Shown here one piece after another: positions 9,755 through 21,000 of a stretch of DNA of 64,000 bases. A program made the translations under genes and the position numbers. Under the pieces are notes generated by a model. It saw nothing but the letters and a program-made list of their open reading frames with translations, ran no database searches and was not told the DNA's origin. Origin of the DNA: an uncultured Gammaproteobacteria bacterium (GTDB lineage Bacteria > Pseudomonadota > Gammaproteobacteria > Steroidobacterales > Steroidobacteraceae); contig CAVYUK010000004.1 of the NCBI GenBank assembly GCA_963771665.1, forward strand, positions 63,971-127,970, read 5' to 3'. Every line of letters starts with the position of its first letter. The stretch's first letter is position 1.

Positions 9755-10483
9755 CTAACTGACGGTTTTGGCGGCCGGCAAAGGTCTCGCGAGCGCATCG
9801 CTGATCAGCTCGCCCATGCGCGAGAGAAACTCGATGCTCATGCCCGGATGGAAGCGGTCGCGGTCGACGCTGGCCAGGGCCAGCAGGCCGGGCGCGGGAA
9901 TGCCGGACAGCGGAATGAGCGCCACCGAACCGATCTCGACGCCGGCACCGCCGAACAGGAATTCGCGCTGGCTGTCGCGGATCTGGCCGCAGCGTGGTTT
10001 GGCGGCGGTGAACAGGCTCTCGAAGCTGCGGTAGTTGACGTCATCGGCGGCGACCGTGCGGACGAAGCGATCCGCGTCCGGGACCAGCGGTTCGTGGCTG
10101 GCGGCGAGCACCAGCACGGCGTGAAAGGTGTCGAAGTCTTCGCGCAGGCTGGCTTCGATCTCGGTGATGGCATCGCCGCGATTGGCGGTCGAGAGCAGGC
10201 GGCGCGTGAAGCGGTGAATCTTTTCGGCCAGCACATTATTGGCGCGCGCGACGCGCACGAAGTCGGCCAGCTTCTCTTCCTGTGACTCGAATTTTTCCCT
10301 CAGGACTTCGACCTGGCGTTCGATCAGCGAGATGGTGGAGGCATTGCGCGGATGCTGCAGGCGCATGCGGACCAGCAGTTGCGGATGACGTTCGAAGAAG
10401 TCGGGGTTCTGCTGCAGGAATTGCGCAACCGTCTGCTCCTCGGTCGAATCGACTGCCAGACCACGCACCTGATTGCTCGTCAT
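9755..10483 (-). CDS. DUF484 (YigA-like) protein
   Basis: N-terminal FLQQNPDFFERHPQLL block and a GAF-like C-terminus. Located between dapF and xerC. Confidence 0.85.
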   Translation of the reverse strand: MTSNQVRGLAVDSTEEQTVAQFLQQNPDFFERHPQLLVRMRLQHPRNASTISLIERQVEVLREKFESQEEKLADFVRVARANNVLAEKIHRFTRRLLSTANRGDAITEIEASLREDFDTFHAVLVLAASHEPLVPDADRFVRTVAADDVNYRSFESLFTAAKPRCGQIRDSQREFLFGGAGVEIGSVALIPLSGIPAPGLLALASVDRDRFHPGMSIEFLSRMGELISDALARPLPAAKTVS

Positions 10484-10514
10484 CCTGTCATCCCCTATGT
10501 CAGACCTCGACTGA

Positions 10515-11354
10515 TCAGATCTCGACGTGCCCCTCGAAGGATCGTTGCGCCGGACCGGTGAGCCAGACCGACTGTCCGGGCCCGCCCCAGTGTACGCTCA
10601 ACGTGCCGCCCGTCGCATGCACATTGACGTCGGTGCCGAGCAATCCGAGGTGGTGCCCCACCACGGCCGCGGCGCACGCGCCGGTGCCGCAGGCCAGAGT
10701 TTCGCCGACTCCGCGCTCATAGACCCGCAGTCGAATGTGCGAAGTGTCGATCACTTCCATGAAACCCACGTTCACCTGCCGCGGGAAATGTACATTGGAT
10801 TGCAGCGCGCGGCCGATGCGCTCGACCGGGGCCGTCTCGACGGAGTCGACATTCAGCACCGCGTGCGGATTGCCGATCGAGACCGCGCCGATCTCGATGA
10901 TCTCGCCGCCGGCGGTCAGCCGATAGCTGGCGTTCTGCGCCGGCACATCGAACGGCAGGCTTCGGGGATCGAAATTCGGCACGCCGAGATCGACCGATAC
11001 CAGATCGCCGGCCAGCACGCGGGCGCGCATGGGGCCCGCCGTGCAGTCGATCGAGACCGTGTCGCCGCCGTGGCCGTTGCGTCCGTTCCGTCGATGCACC
11101 AGCGCTGCTACGCAGCGGGCGCCGTTGCCGCATTGCTCGACTTCGACACCGTCGGCGTTGAAGACGCGATAGAACGCGTCAGTGCCTTGCCTCTTCGGCG
11201 GCTGCAGTACCAGCGCCTGGTCGAAGCCGATGCCGGTGTGACGGTTGGAAAGCGCGCGCCATTGGTCGCCGCTTGGCATGGGCGCATCGGCGGGCAGATC
11301 GAAGATGATGAAGTCGTTGCCAAGGCCGTGCATCTTGGTGAACTCGATCCGCAT
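10515..11354 (-). CDS. dapF: diaminopimelate epimerase
   Basis: MHGLGNDFIIFD. Both catalytic Cys motifs are present (EQCGNGARC; ACGTGACAA). Confidence 0.95.
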   Translation of the reverse strand: MRIEFTKMHGLGNDFIIFDLPADAPMPSGDQWRALSNRHTGIGFDQALVLQPPKRQGTDAFYRVFNADGVEVEQCGNGARCVAALVHRRNGRNGHGGDTVSIDCTAGPMRARVLAGDLVSVDLGVPNFDPRSLPFDVPAQNASYRLTAGGEIIEIGAVSIGNPHAVLNVDSVETAPVERIGRALQSNVHFPRQVNVGFMEVIDTSHIRLRVYERGVGETLACGTGACAAAVVGHHLGLLGTDVNVHATGGTLSVHWGGPGQSVWLTGPAQRSFEGHVEI

Positions 11355-11375
11355 GCGCAGAGCATACCCGATCGC

Positions 11376-11843
11376 TTAGCTGCCGCAGGCTGTGTCCATC
11401 GCCTGATGCAGATTCACCCGCTGTTGCTCGGCTTCCTCGTCGGTGAGGTATTGGCGTTCGCCGTCGGTGCCGGATTTATAGATCCGGCGCGCCGCGATGG
11501 CCGCCTCGTAATCGGATTTGGCCTTGGTGCACTGGTCGGCACGAGTCTGTTCGACATCCTGCTGCACGGCCTTTTCCGCGGCCTCTTTCGCCAGCGGGTC
11601 CTGTGGCGGGGCCTTGGCGGCCGTCGGGGAAGCGGTTGCCGCGCTGCTGGATTTGGCGGCAGCAGCGGTGCTGTTGAAGGCGATGCCGCCGCCGCCGCGC
11701 TGTACGTGCACGAGTTCTGCGCCGGGCGTCGGTGTGTCGCTGTAATGCACCTGGCCTTGCGCGTCGACCGAACGGTAGACGTCGGCCTGCGCCGCAGTGA
11801 TGGCCAGCGACATAAGCAGGGTAGCAGCGGCGACTCGGCGCAT
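11376..11843 (-). CDS. DUF4124-like periplasmic protein
   Basis: Signal peptide followed by DVYRSVDAQGQVHYSDTP, then a low-complexity Ala-rich linker. Confidence 0.7.
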   Translation of the reverse strand: MRRVAAATLLMSLAITAAQADVYRSVDAQGQVHYSDTPTPGAELVHVQRGGGGIAFNSTAAAAKSSSAATASPTAAKAPPQDPLAKEAAEKAVQQDVEQTRADQCTKAKSDYEAAIAARRIYKSGTDGERQYLTDEEAEQQRVNLHQAMDTACGS

Positions 11844-11918
11844 CGAAGGGGCCTCCAGGGAGTCCTAGTATCCGGCCATACTTTAGCTCCGTGGGGTGAC
11901 CCGCGTCACATTCGGGGG

Positions 11919-13330
<1,412 letters not shown>

Positions 13331-13334
<4 letters not shown>

Positions 13335-13627
13335 GTGGCCGAGGGGCCGGTTTCCCCGGTGCGGATACGGATGGCCTGTTCCAGCTCGCCGACCAGGATG
13401 CGGCCGTCGCCGCTGCGGCCGGTTCGGGACACATTGGCGATCGCCTCGAGCACCGGCTCGACGATCGAGTCATCCACGGCGATTTCGACCTTGGCCCGCG
13501 GGCCAAACTGTGCCTCGTAGACTTCGGTGACCGTGACACCCTGGACGCCCAGTTGTGCAATCGCCTGCCGCAGTTCGTCCAGCTTGAAAGGCCGCACGAC
13601 CGCGGTGATCATTTTCATGATTTGCAT
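13331..13627 (-). CDS. PII (GlnK/GlnB) family protein lacking the T-loop
   Basis: The first 33 aa from MKMITAVVRPFKLDELR..GVTVTEV align with GlnB. The B-loop TGRSGDGRI and C-terminal IRIRTGE are kept. About 17 residues corresponding to the T-loop are absent. Start is ambiguous (ATG at 13627, 13618 or 13612). Confidence 0.8.
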
Positions 13628-13718
13628 TTCGCGATGATCGGACCCTGAACATGGAAGCCCGTGGACTTGCTGGCGCGCGTAATCTTAGGTCTAGCCGCAA
13701 ATCGCGTTGAGGCAACGG

Positions 13719-13734
13719 TGCAGAAAGCATGCCA
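13719..13734 (-). promoter_or_regulatory. sigma54 (-24/-12) promoter for glnK-like/amtB
   Basis: The minus strand reads TGGCATGCTTTCTGCA, with GG and GC in canonical spacing to TGGCAC-N5-TTGCA. It lies about 90 nt upstream of the PII start. Confidence 0.6.
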
Positions 13735-13853
13735 CGCAACAAATCGCATAATACTGCCCGCTTGCCCGATGAACGCCGGAGTGAATGATTCCATTTGGAT
13801 GCGCGGGACTTTATCGCTGCCCGATTTCGGTGCATTCCCCCAGGAGAACAGAC

Positions 13854-14114
13854 ATGGAAAACCCACGTTTCGACCCACGGCTCGATGATATCGCACGCCG
13901 ACTTTTTGAGGGGCTGCCCGAGTCGGCCCGGACGCTACGGCGCGATATAGAGAGCAACTTCCGCGCGGTGCTGCAGGCATCGCTGGGGAAGCTCGACCTG
14001 ACCACGCGGCAGGAGTTCGAAGTGCAGACTCGCGTGCTCGAGCGTACGCGAGCGGCGCTGGCGCAACTCGAGGAGCGCATCGCCGTGCTCGAGAAGCGCC
14101 TGGCGGAGAAGTGA
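13854..14114 (+). CDS. ubiK: ubiquinone biosynthesis accessory factor UbiK (YqiC/BMFP family)
   Basis: ORF 13785..14114. Start taken at MENPRFDPRLDDIARRLFEG. Coiled-coil C-terminus TRQEFEVQTRVLERTRAALAQLEERIAVLE. Confidence 0.75.
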   Translation: MENPRFDPRLDDIARRLFEGLPESARTLRRDIESNFRAVLQASLGKLDLTTRQEFEVQTRVLERTRAALAQLEERIAVLEKRLAEK

Positions 14115-15667
14115 GCTTTGCCCGGGCCCTGAGCCGCGCGCAACTGGGGCTCGAGGCACCGCTGGTCCAGGCTGAGGCCCACATCGGCCCCGGGCTGCCC
14201 AATTTTACGATCGTCGGCCTGCCTGCCCCCGTGGTGCGCGAAAGCCGGGAGCGCGTGCGGGCGGCGCTGCTGAGCTCCGGCTACACGTTTCCGCCGGGCC
14301 GCATCACCGTCAACCTGGCGCCGGCGGAGCTGTCCAAGCAGGGCGGGCGCTTCGATTTGCCCGTGGCGCTGGCGCTGCTGATTGCCAGCGGGCAAGTGCC
14401 GGTGCCGGCACTTCCGTTCGAGTGCTACGGCGAGCTGGGACTGGCCGGTGAGCTCAAACCCGTCGCCGGTCTGTTCCTGGCGGCGCTGCATGCGCGGGCA
14501 GCGCAACACGCGCTGATCGTGCCCGCCGGCAATGGCGAGGAGGTGGCACTGAGCGCCCACCCGATTGCCTACGTCGCTGCCAACTTACGCGCGGCGGCGC
14601 AGCTGCTGGTGGGGCCGACAGCGGCGGGTATGCTGCCTGCGCCGGCCGCCAGAGACCGCGCTAATGTCACAGGCCTGCTGGCGCCGCCTTCACTCGACGA
14701 GGTGGTCGGGCACTGGCACGCCAAGCGCGCGCTGATCATCGCTGCCGCGGGTGGACACAGCGTATTGCTGATCGGGCCGCCCGGCAGCGGCAAGAGCATG
14801 CTGGCTGCGCGACTGCCCGAATTGCTGCCGCCGCTGTCTTCGAGCGAGGCGCTGGAAGTCGCGAGCATCGCGTCGACGGCGGGGCTGCGACTCGAGGCCG
14901 GCCAGTGGGACCGGCGTCCATTTCGCTCTCCGCATCATTCGGCGTCGGCGCAGGCCATCGTTGGCGGTGGTCCCCAGATTCGCCCCGGCGAAGTGACGCT
15001 GGCACACCACGGGGTGCTCTTTCTCGATGAGCTGCCGGAGTTCGACCGGCGCGTACTCGAGTCATTGCGCGAGCCGCTCGAGACGGGCGCCATCACGATC
15101 GCGCGCGCGGCGGCGCGACTGGAGCTGCCGGCGCGATTTCAGCTCATCGCCGCGATGAACCCCTGTCCCTGCGGCTATTTTGACGACAGCGCGCGCGAAT
15201 GCCGCTGCGGCGCCACGCGCGTCGCGCGCTATCGCCAGCGCATTTCCGGGCCGCTGCTCGATCGCATCGATCTGCGCATCGAGGTGCCGAGGATCGAGGC
15301 CGGGGAATTTGTCGATGGGGCGCTACAGGCATACGCGGAGGCGCCTGCGATCGCGGATGCAAAGGTGCCGATCGGGGAAACCGTGGCGCAGGTTGCGCGT
15401 GCGCGCGAGTGGCGATTGTATCGCTCGGGTTGCCTGAGCGCGCGGCTGGATTCAGCGGCGCTGCAAAGCTGCTGCGCCCTGCCGCGATCGGCCCAGGCGA
15501 TGCTCAAGAAATGCGCGCAGCAACTGGCTCTATCGGGGCGAGGGATTCACCGCTTGCTGACGATCAGCCGCACGATTGCGGATCTTGCGGGCAGCGAGAG
15601 CATCGAGGTGCCGCATCTGGAGGAGGCCGTGCAATTGCGACGGCCGCTCGGAGAAGCGCCGTCCTGA
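14111..15667 (+). CDS. yifB: YifB/ComM family Mg-chelatase-like AAA+ ATPase
   Basis: GTG start overlaps the ubiK stop (GTGA). Walker A GPPGSGKSMLA, plus GVLFLDELPEF and AAMNPCPCG. Confidence 0.9.
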   Translation: MSFARALSRAQLGLEAPLVQAEAHIGPGLPNFTIVGLPAPVVRESRERVRAALLSSGYTFPPGRITVNLAPAELSKQGGRFDLPVALALLIASGQVPVPALPFECYGELGLAGELKPVAGLFLAALHARAAQHALIVPAGNGEEVALSAHPIAYVAANLRAAAQLLVGPTAAGMLPAPAARDRANVTGLLAPPSLDEVVGHWHAKRALIIAAAGGHSVLLIGPPGSGKSMLAARLPELLPPLSSSEALEVASIASTAGLRLEAGQWDRRPFRSPHHSASAQAIVGGGPQIRPGEVTLAHHGVLFLDELPEFDRRVLESLREPLETGAITIARAAARLELPARFQLIAAMNPCPCGYFDDSARECRCGATRVARYRQRISGPLLDRIDLRIEVPRIEAGEFVDGALQAYAEAPAIADAKVPIGETVAQVARAREWRLYRSGCLSARLDSAALQSCCALPRSAQAMLKKCAQQLALSGRGIHRLLTISRTIADLAGSESIEVPHLEEAVQLRRPLGEAPS

Positions 15668-15769
15668 TGCTTGATTGGGCATTGGCGGCGGCGTATACAG
15701 GGGGCAAATAGGGGCAGCCAAAGCGCGTTGCCCAAAGATGTGGGAGGCCGGGACGCCGTCCCCGTATCC

Positions 15770-18058
15770 ATGAGGGAGTCATCGACAGAGGGCCGTGAAG
15801 CTGTGCCCAGCGCACGCTCGCTGGTTCCGTGCCTCTGGGCTTTGCTTGCCACAACGGCGCTCGCGTCCGGGGCCGCTCCAGAGAAGTGGCGACAAAGCCT
15901 CACCGAGGGATCGCAGGACCGGCAACTCGGTGCTCTGGACGATTCCATCGCCGCACTCGAGCTTGCGGTGCGGGATGCACCCGATACGCCCAGCCGGGTG
16001 CTATCCCAGACGCAACTCGGTGTCAGCCTATTGCAGACAGGCCGACTCGCGCAGGCCGATGCTGCGCTCCAGTCCGCCTATCGGGACGCGGACGAGGACA
16101 GTCGCTACACGGTCGCGCTGGCGATCGGCAATCTGGCGGTTCGATCCCACGACTATCCGCGCGCAAGCCGTTATTACCAGCAGGCGGCCGAATCGGCGCC
16201 GGCGGATGCCACCGGCAACGACACCCGCGCGATCGCAGAGCTTGCGCTTACCGGCCTGCTGCAGCCCATTGAGCGGCTTGCGAAGCTGGATGCGCTGCTG
16301 CCGCGGATCGAGGCCATGGACAGGCCGTCCTATCGCGCCAGAGCTTTGTTTGGTTTGGGCCGGCAGGCCAGCGAGGCGCTGGTGCTGGCGCGGCTCACGC
16401 ATTCGCCGGAGTCCGATCTGGCGCTGCGCCTGAGCTATCGCGGACTGGCCGCTTCGAAGCAATGGGCCGATGAAAATGAGGATCTGCCGCTGGCGGTCGA
16501 TGCGGCCGATGCACTCGCGCAGCTGTACGAGTCGCAAGGGCGTTATGCGGAGGCTGCGCAGATCAACCTCAATGCCATCCGCGCGGCCACGGGCCTGAAG
16601 CACGGCCAAGCGGAGCTGCCGCTGGCGCGATTGGATTGGCGTGCGGCGCGCCTGGCACGGCAGCGCGGTGACGCAGCAGCGGCACTCGCAGGCTATCTGC
16701 ACGCGGCCGATTATCTGCGGGCCATCGCGCCCGACCTGCCCATCGAGGATGCGCAGGGCAAGTCGACTTACCAGTCATTGCAGCGACCGATTTTCCTGGG
16801 TCTCGCCGATGAGTTGCTGCAGGACGTGGATACGCTGCGCCCCGAGCTCAAGCAACAACGGTTGCTGGCAGCGTTGAATCTGATCGAGCAGGCGCACCAG
16901 GCCGAGCTGCAGGATTATCTGGGCGATCGCTGCTCGGTGGATTCGGTCGGGAAACCCACTGGGGCCGCAGCGGGCGAAACTGTGGCACCCGGCATCGCGA
17001 TCATTTATCCGCTGGTGCTGAAGGAGCGGCTGGAAGTGGTGGTGCGGACCAGCCAGGGTCTGCGGCATCACACAGCGCCGGTGTCGGCGGCGACGCTGGC
17101 AAAAGAGATTCAGAATTTTCGCTCGGCTCTTCTCGACCCAGGTTCGTCCGATTACGTGTCGGCGTCCAGCCGCCTGGACGAATGGCTGATAGCGCCGTTT
17201 GCCTCCATGCTGGAACAGGCCCATGTGCAGCAACTCATCATCGTGCCGGACGGATATCTGCGACTGATTCCGTTCGCGGCCCTGCACGACGGCAATGAGT
17301 TTCTCGCGCAGCGCTACTGGGTTTCCAGCGTGACCGGGCTGACGATGACGGAACAGCGGACCGAGCGGCGTGCACGGCCGGTCTCGCTGTTCGCGGGTCT
17401 TTCGACGCCCGGGCCGGTCGTGGACCGACTCGCAGCCATGGGATTTGCCGGCCGCGCGGCCCCTGAGGCCGGCGCGGTATCCGCGACACGCGCATTGAAT
17501 CTGCGCAGCCAGCTGGCGCTGCCTGGAGTTCAGAGCGAGATCCAGGATCTGGTGCCGCTGTCGCGCAGCGTCTGGATGCTGAACGATCAGTTCACCGTCA
17601 GCCACTTTGCGCAGGAGGTGCAGAGCGGCCGGTATAGCGTCGTGCACATCGCCTCGCACAGCTTCTTCGGCAGCAATGCCGGCGACTCCTTTCTGCTGGC
17701 TTACGACAATGTGATCCGTATCGATCAATTGCAGCAGCTGCTCGCCAGCAATGAGGTGCGGCAGGCCGGCATCGATCTGCTGACTCTTTCGGCCTGCGAC
17801 ACTGCGACCGGCGATGATCGGGCACCGCTCGGATTTGCCGGCGCCGCCATCAAGGCGCATGCGCGCAGCGTGCTGGGTTCCCTCTGGGCCGTCAGCGACA
17901 CCGCCACACAACAATTCATGGAGGTCTTCTATAAAGGCCTTCCCCAGCACGGCAAGGCCGAGGCTTTCACCGAGGCACAGCGGGTGTTGATGGGTTCGAC
18001 AACGTTTTCGCACCCTTACTACTGGGCGCCGTTCGTTCTGACCGGTGACTGGAATTGA
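15770..18058 (+). CDS. secreted TPR + CHAT (caspase-like) domain protein
   Basis: ORF 15671..18058. A signal-like peptide starts at ATG 15770 (SLVPCLWALLATTALASG). Helical repeats in the N-terminal half. C-terminal CHAT blocks VVHIASHSFFG (His codon 17657-17659) and LLTLSACDTATG (Cys codon 17795-17797). Confidence 0.85.
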   Translation: MRESSTEGREAVPSARSLVPCLWALLATTALASGAAPEKWRQSLTEGSQDRQLGALDDSIAALELAVRDAPDTPSRVLSQTQLGVSLLQTGRLAQADAALQSAYRDADEDSRYTVALAIGNLAVRSHDYPRASRYYQQAAESAPADATGNDTRAIAELALTGLLQPIERLAKLDALLPRIEAMDRPSYRARALFGLGRQASEALVLARLTHSPESDLALRLSYRGLAASKQWADENEDLPLAVDAADALAQLYESQGRYAEAAQINLNAIRAATGLKHGQAELPLARLDWRAARLARQRGDAAAALAGYLHAADYLRAIAPDLPIEDAQGKSTYQSLQRPIFLGLADELLQDVDTLRPELKQQRLLAALNLIEQAHQAELQDYLGDRCSVDSVGKPTGAAAGETVAPGIAIIYPLVLKERLEVVVRTSQGLRHHTAPVSAATLAKEIQNFRSALLDPGSSDYVSASSRLDEWLIAPFASMLEQAHVQQLIIVPDGYLRLIPFAALHDGNEFLAQRYWVSSVTGLTMTEQRTERRARPVSLFAGLSTPGPVVDRLAAMGFAGRAAPEAGAVSATRALNLRSQLALPGVQSEIQDLVPLSRSVWMLNDQFTVSHFAQEVQSGRYSVVHIASHSFFGSNAGDSFLLAYDNVIRIDQLQQLLASNEVRQAGIDLLTLSACDTATGDDRAPLGFAGAAIKAHARSVLGSLWAVSDTATQQFMEVFYKGLPQHGKAEAFTEAQRVLMGSTTFSHPYYWAPFVLTGDWN

Positions 18059-18061
18059 TGC

Positions 18062-21000
18062 GTGACGGTGGCTGAGAATAACAAGAGGGCCTGGGCGGCC
18101 GGCGGCGCGGGGCTCTGCCTCACGTTGGTATCGGCCGCTGCAAATTCCGCGGGCCCCGCGGGTATCAAGCTCGATGGAACACTTGGCGGTACGGCCGCCG
18201 CATTGACTGGACCGAACTACAACATCACGCAGAGTCTCGGCCGGCTCTCGGGCGGGAATCTCTTCTTCAGTTTCCAGTACTTCAATGTCGCAACCGGCGA
18301 GACCGCTCTGTTTACGACTTCGAGCGCCGGTATCGCCAATGTCATCAGTCGGGTCACGGGCGGCTACGCCTCGAGCATCGATGGCACCATCAGGCTGCAG
18401 GCGGCATCGGGGAGGCCGGACTTCTTTCTGATCAATCCCAGCGGAGTGACCTTCACCAGCAACGCGGTGGTCGACGTACCGGCGGCCTTCTATGTCAGCA
18501 CGGCCGATTACCTGAAGTTTCCCGACGGCAATTTCTATGTCGATCCCGGCAAGGTGAGCACCCTGTCGGCGGCGGCGCCGGAAGCCTTCGGCTTCCTCGG
18601 CGGCGCGCGTGCGCCGGTCGCTGTGCTGGGCGGCCGCCTCACCGGCGGCAGTAACGGAGTCGGGGATTTCGACATCACAGCCGGCGATGTGACCATCGAT
18701 GGCGGCGGTGCACAGAATGGGATCTACGAATCGAGCGGCGAGATACGTATCGCGGCGGTGGGTAATGCAGCCGCCGAGGTACCGCTGTCGGGGCCATATT
18801 CCGCGAGCGATGGCAGCGTCACCATCCGCAATGGCGGGCTGCTGTGGTCCGAAGGGGTCGGTGCCACGCCCGGCGCAGGCGTATCGATCAGCGCCGGCAG
18901 CCTGCTTATCGATGGCGCGGGAGCACCCAACTTCACCGGGGTAGTTGCCGGGGATCTTGGCGCGCCGGGACCGATCGACGTGACGATTGCCAACGACGCG
19001 CAGATCGTGAACGGCGGGCTGATTTACTCGGCCAATTCCTTTGCCGGGGCGGCGGCCAAGGTCTCGCTGAGCGCTGGCACACTGACCATCGATGGCGCCA
19101 ATGCTGCGGGTACCACAGGCATCGAATCAGACGCATTGGGAAATGGCGCCGGCGCCGATGTGCAGGTCAGCGTGAAGGGTCAAGCCACGATCATGGGCAC
19201 TGGCGGCATCTTTACGACCACCGCAGGCCAGGGCAATGCGGGCGATATGGTGCTGTCAGCCGGGGCGTTATCGATCAATGCCACGGAGCCTACTCAGAAC
19301 CCGGGACTCCAGTCCTTTACCACCGGTACCGGCAATGCCGGCGCCATAACGGTCGATGTTTCGGGCAACGTCTCGTTGACCGGGAGCGCGGGAATCCTTT
19401 CCTATACGGAGGCATCGGGCAATGCGGGAGCGGTCAGTGTACAGGCGCTCGGCACGCTGTCGATGGGCGGAGGTTCCCAGATTTTTTCCAATAATTACTC
19501 CGGCTCCGGCAATGGCGGCGATGTCCTCGTGACTGGCTCGGCATTGACCATCGACGCGCAGGCCAGCAGTGGCACGACCTGCATCTGCACCACCACCGAG
19601 ACAGCCGGCAGCGGCGGGTCCGTCACTGTGCGCGTCGGTTCGCTGTCGATTGAGGGGGCGAACAGCAATCTTGGATTCACGGGCATCGAGACCGTGGCCG
19701 ACGGTGCGGGCAGCGGCGGAGCGCTCCGGCTCGAGGTAGTCGGCCAGGCCACGATCTCCAATGGCGGGTTTATCTACAGCGGGACCAGTGGTCAGGGCAA
19801 CGCGGGCAACATCGCGGTGTCCGCCGGTAATCTGCTGTTGCAGGATGTCGGCAACGGCAATATCAACACTGGCATCGCCAGCAATACCTTCGGCGCAGGC
19901 GCGTCCGGGTCGGTGCAGATCAACAGCGGTGCGCTGATGCTGAGTGCACCGGCGGGCACCAATCCGCTCGCCACTCCGGTGGGTATTTCCAGCAGCCCCG
20001 AGTCAGGCTCGAGCGGCAATGGCGGCAATGTCACAGTCGATATCGCCGGCCCGGTATCGCTCAACGGTCCCACGGTGATCTCCACGTCCACCTATTCCAC
20101 GGGGGCTGCCGGGCAGGTCTCAATCGATGCACAGGGGGCAGTGTCCCTGCTCGGTGGTGGCCTGATCAGCTCCGAGTCCTTCGCCGCCGGCGCAGGCAAT
20201 GCCGGCAGCGTCACGCTGAATGCCGCGGCGCTGGATATAGAAGGGCGCGGCTCTGCCTTCGAAACCGGCGTGGCTGCCGATACCAGCGGCACGGGCAGCG
20301 CCGGTGACGTCACTGTTCACGTCGGCACGCTGTCGATCGATGGTGGTAGCGGTACAGGCGAGGCCGACATCGAGGCGTTTACCAATGGCAGCGGGGCGGG
20401 CGGCCAGATTCAGATCATGGTGGCGCGCAACGCCACCATCGCCGACGGCGGCCTGATCTATACCAACGCCTACGCGCAGGGGAATGCGGGCAGCATCACT
20501 CTGAGTGCCGGTAACCTCACGATAGACGCGCATCCCAATGGCAGCAACTACGCCACTGGCATTTCAGCCGATACCTATGGCCCCGGCAATGCCGGATCGA
20601 TTCAGATCAGCTCCGGATCGCTGACTGTCAGCAGCTATTCGGGCAGCCTTCTGCCGATTGTCATTTCCAGCGACGCCCTCGCGGGATCCACCGGCAATGC
20701 CGGCGCCGTCAATATCTTTGTCGATGGCGATATGCTTTTCACCGGCAACTCCTCGGTGAGCTCCAATTCGTATTCATCCGGCAATGCGGGCAGGGTAAAC
20801 GTCAACGCGGCCGGCAGCATTTCGTTGCTCGACGGCGCGTACATCTCATCGATCGCCAATGCGGCCACCGGCAATGCCGGCGACATCAGTGTCGCGGCAT
20901 CGGCACTCAATATTGAAGGAACCAGCACGGGCCTCACGGGCATCAGCACCGAATCCTACGGCACCGGCAACTCCGGATCGATTCAGGTGCACGTGGGCTC

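Noticed and set aside
16775-18013. 412-aa minus-strand ORF inside the CHAT gene
   Set aside because: It is antisense to a frame with clear CHAT motifs, has no recognisable domains and shows GC-driven stop-codon depletion.
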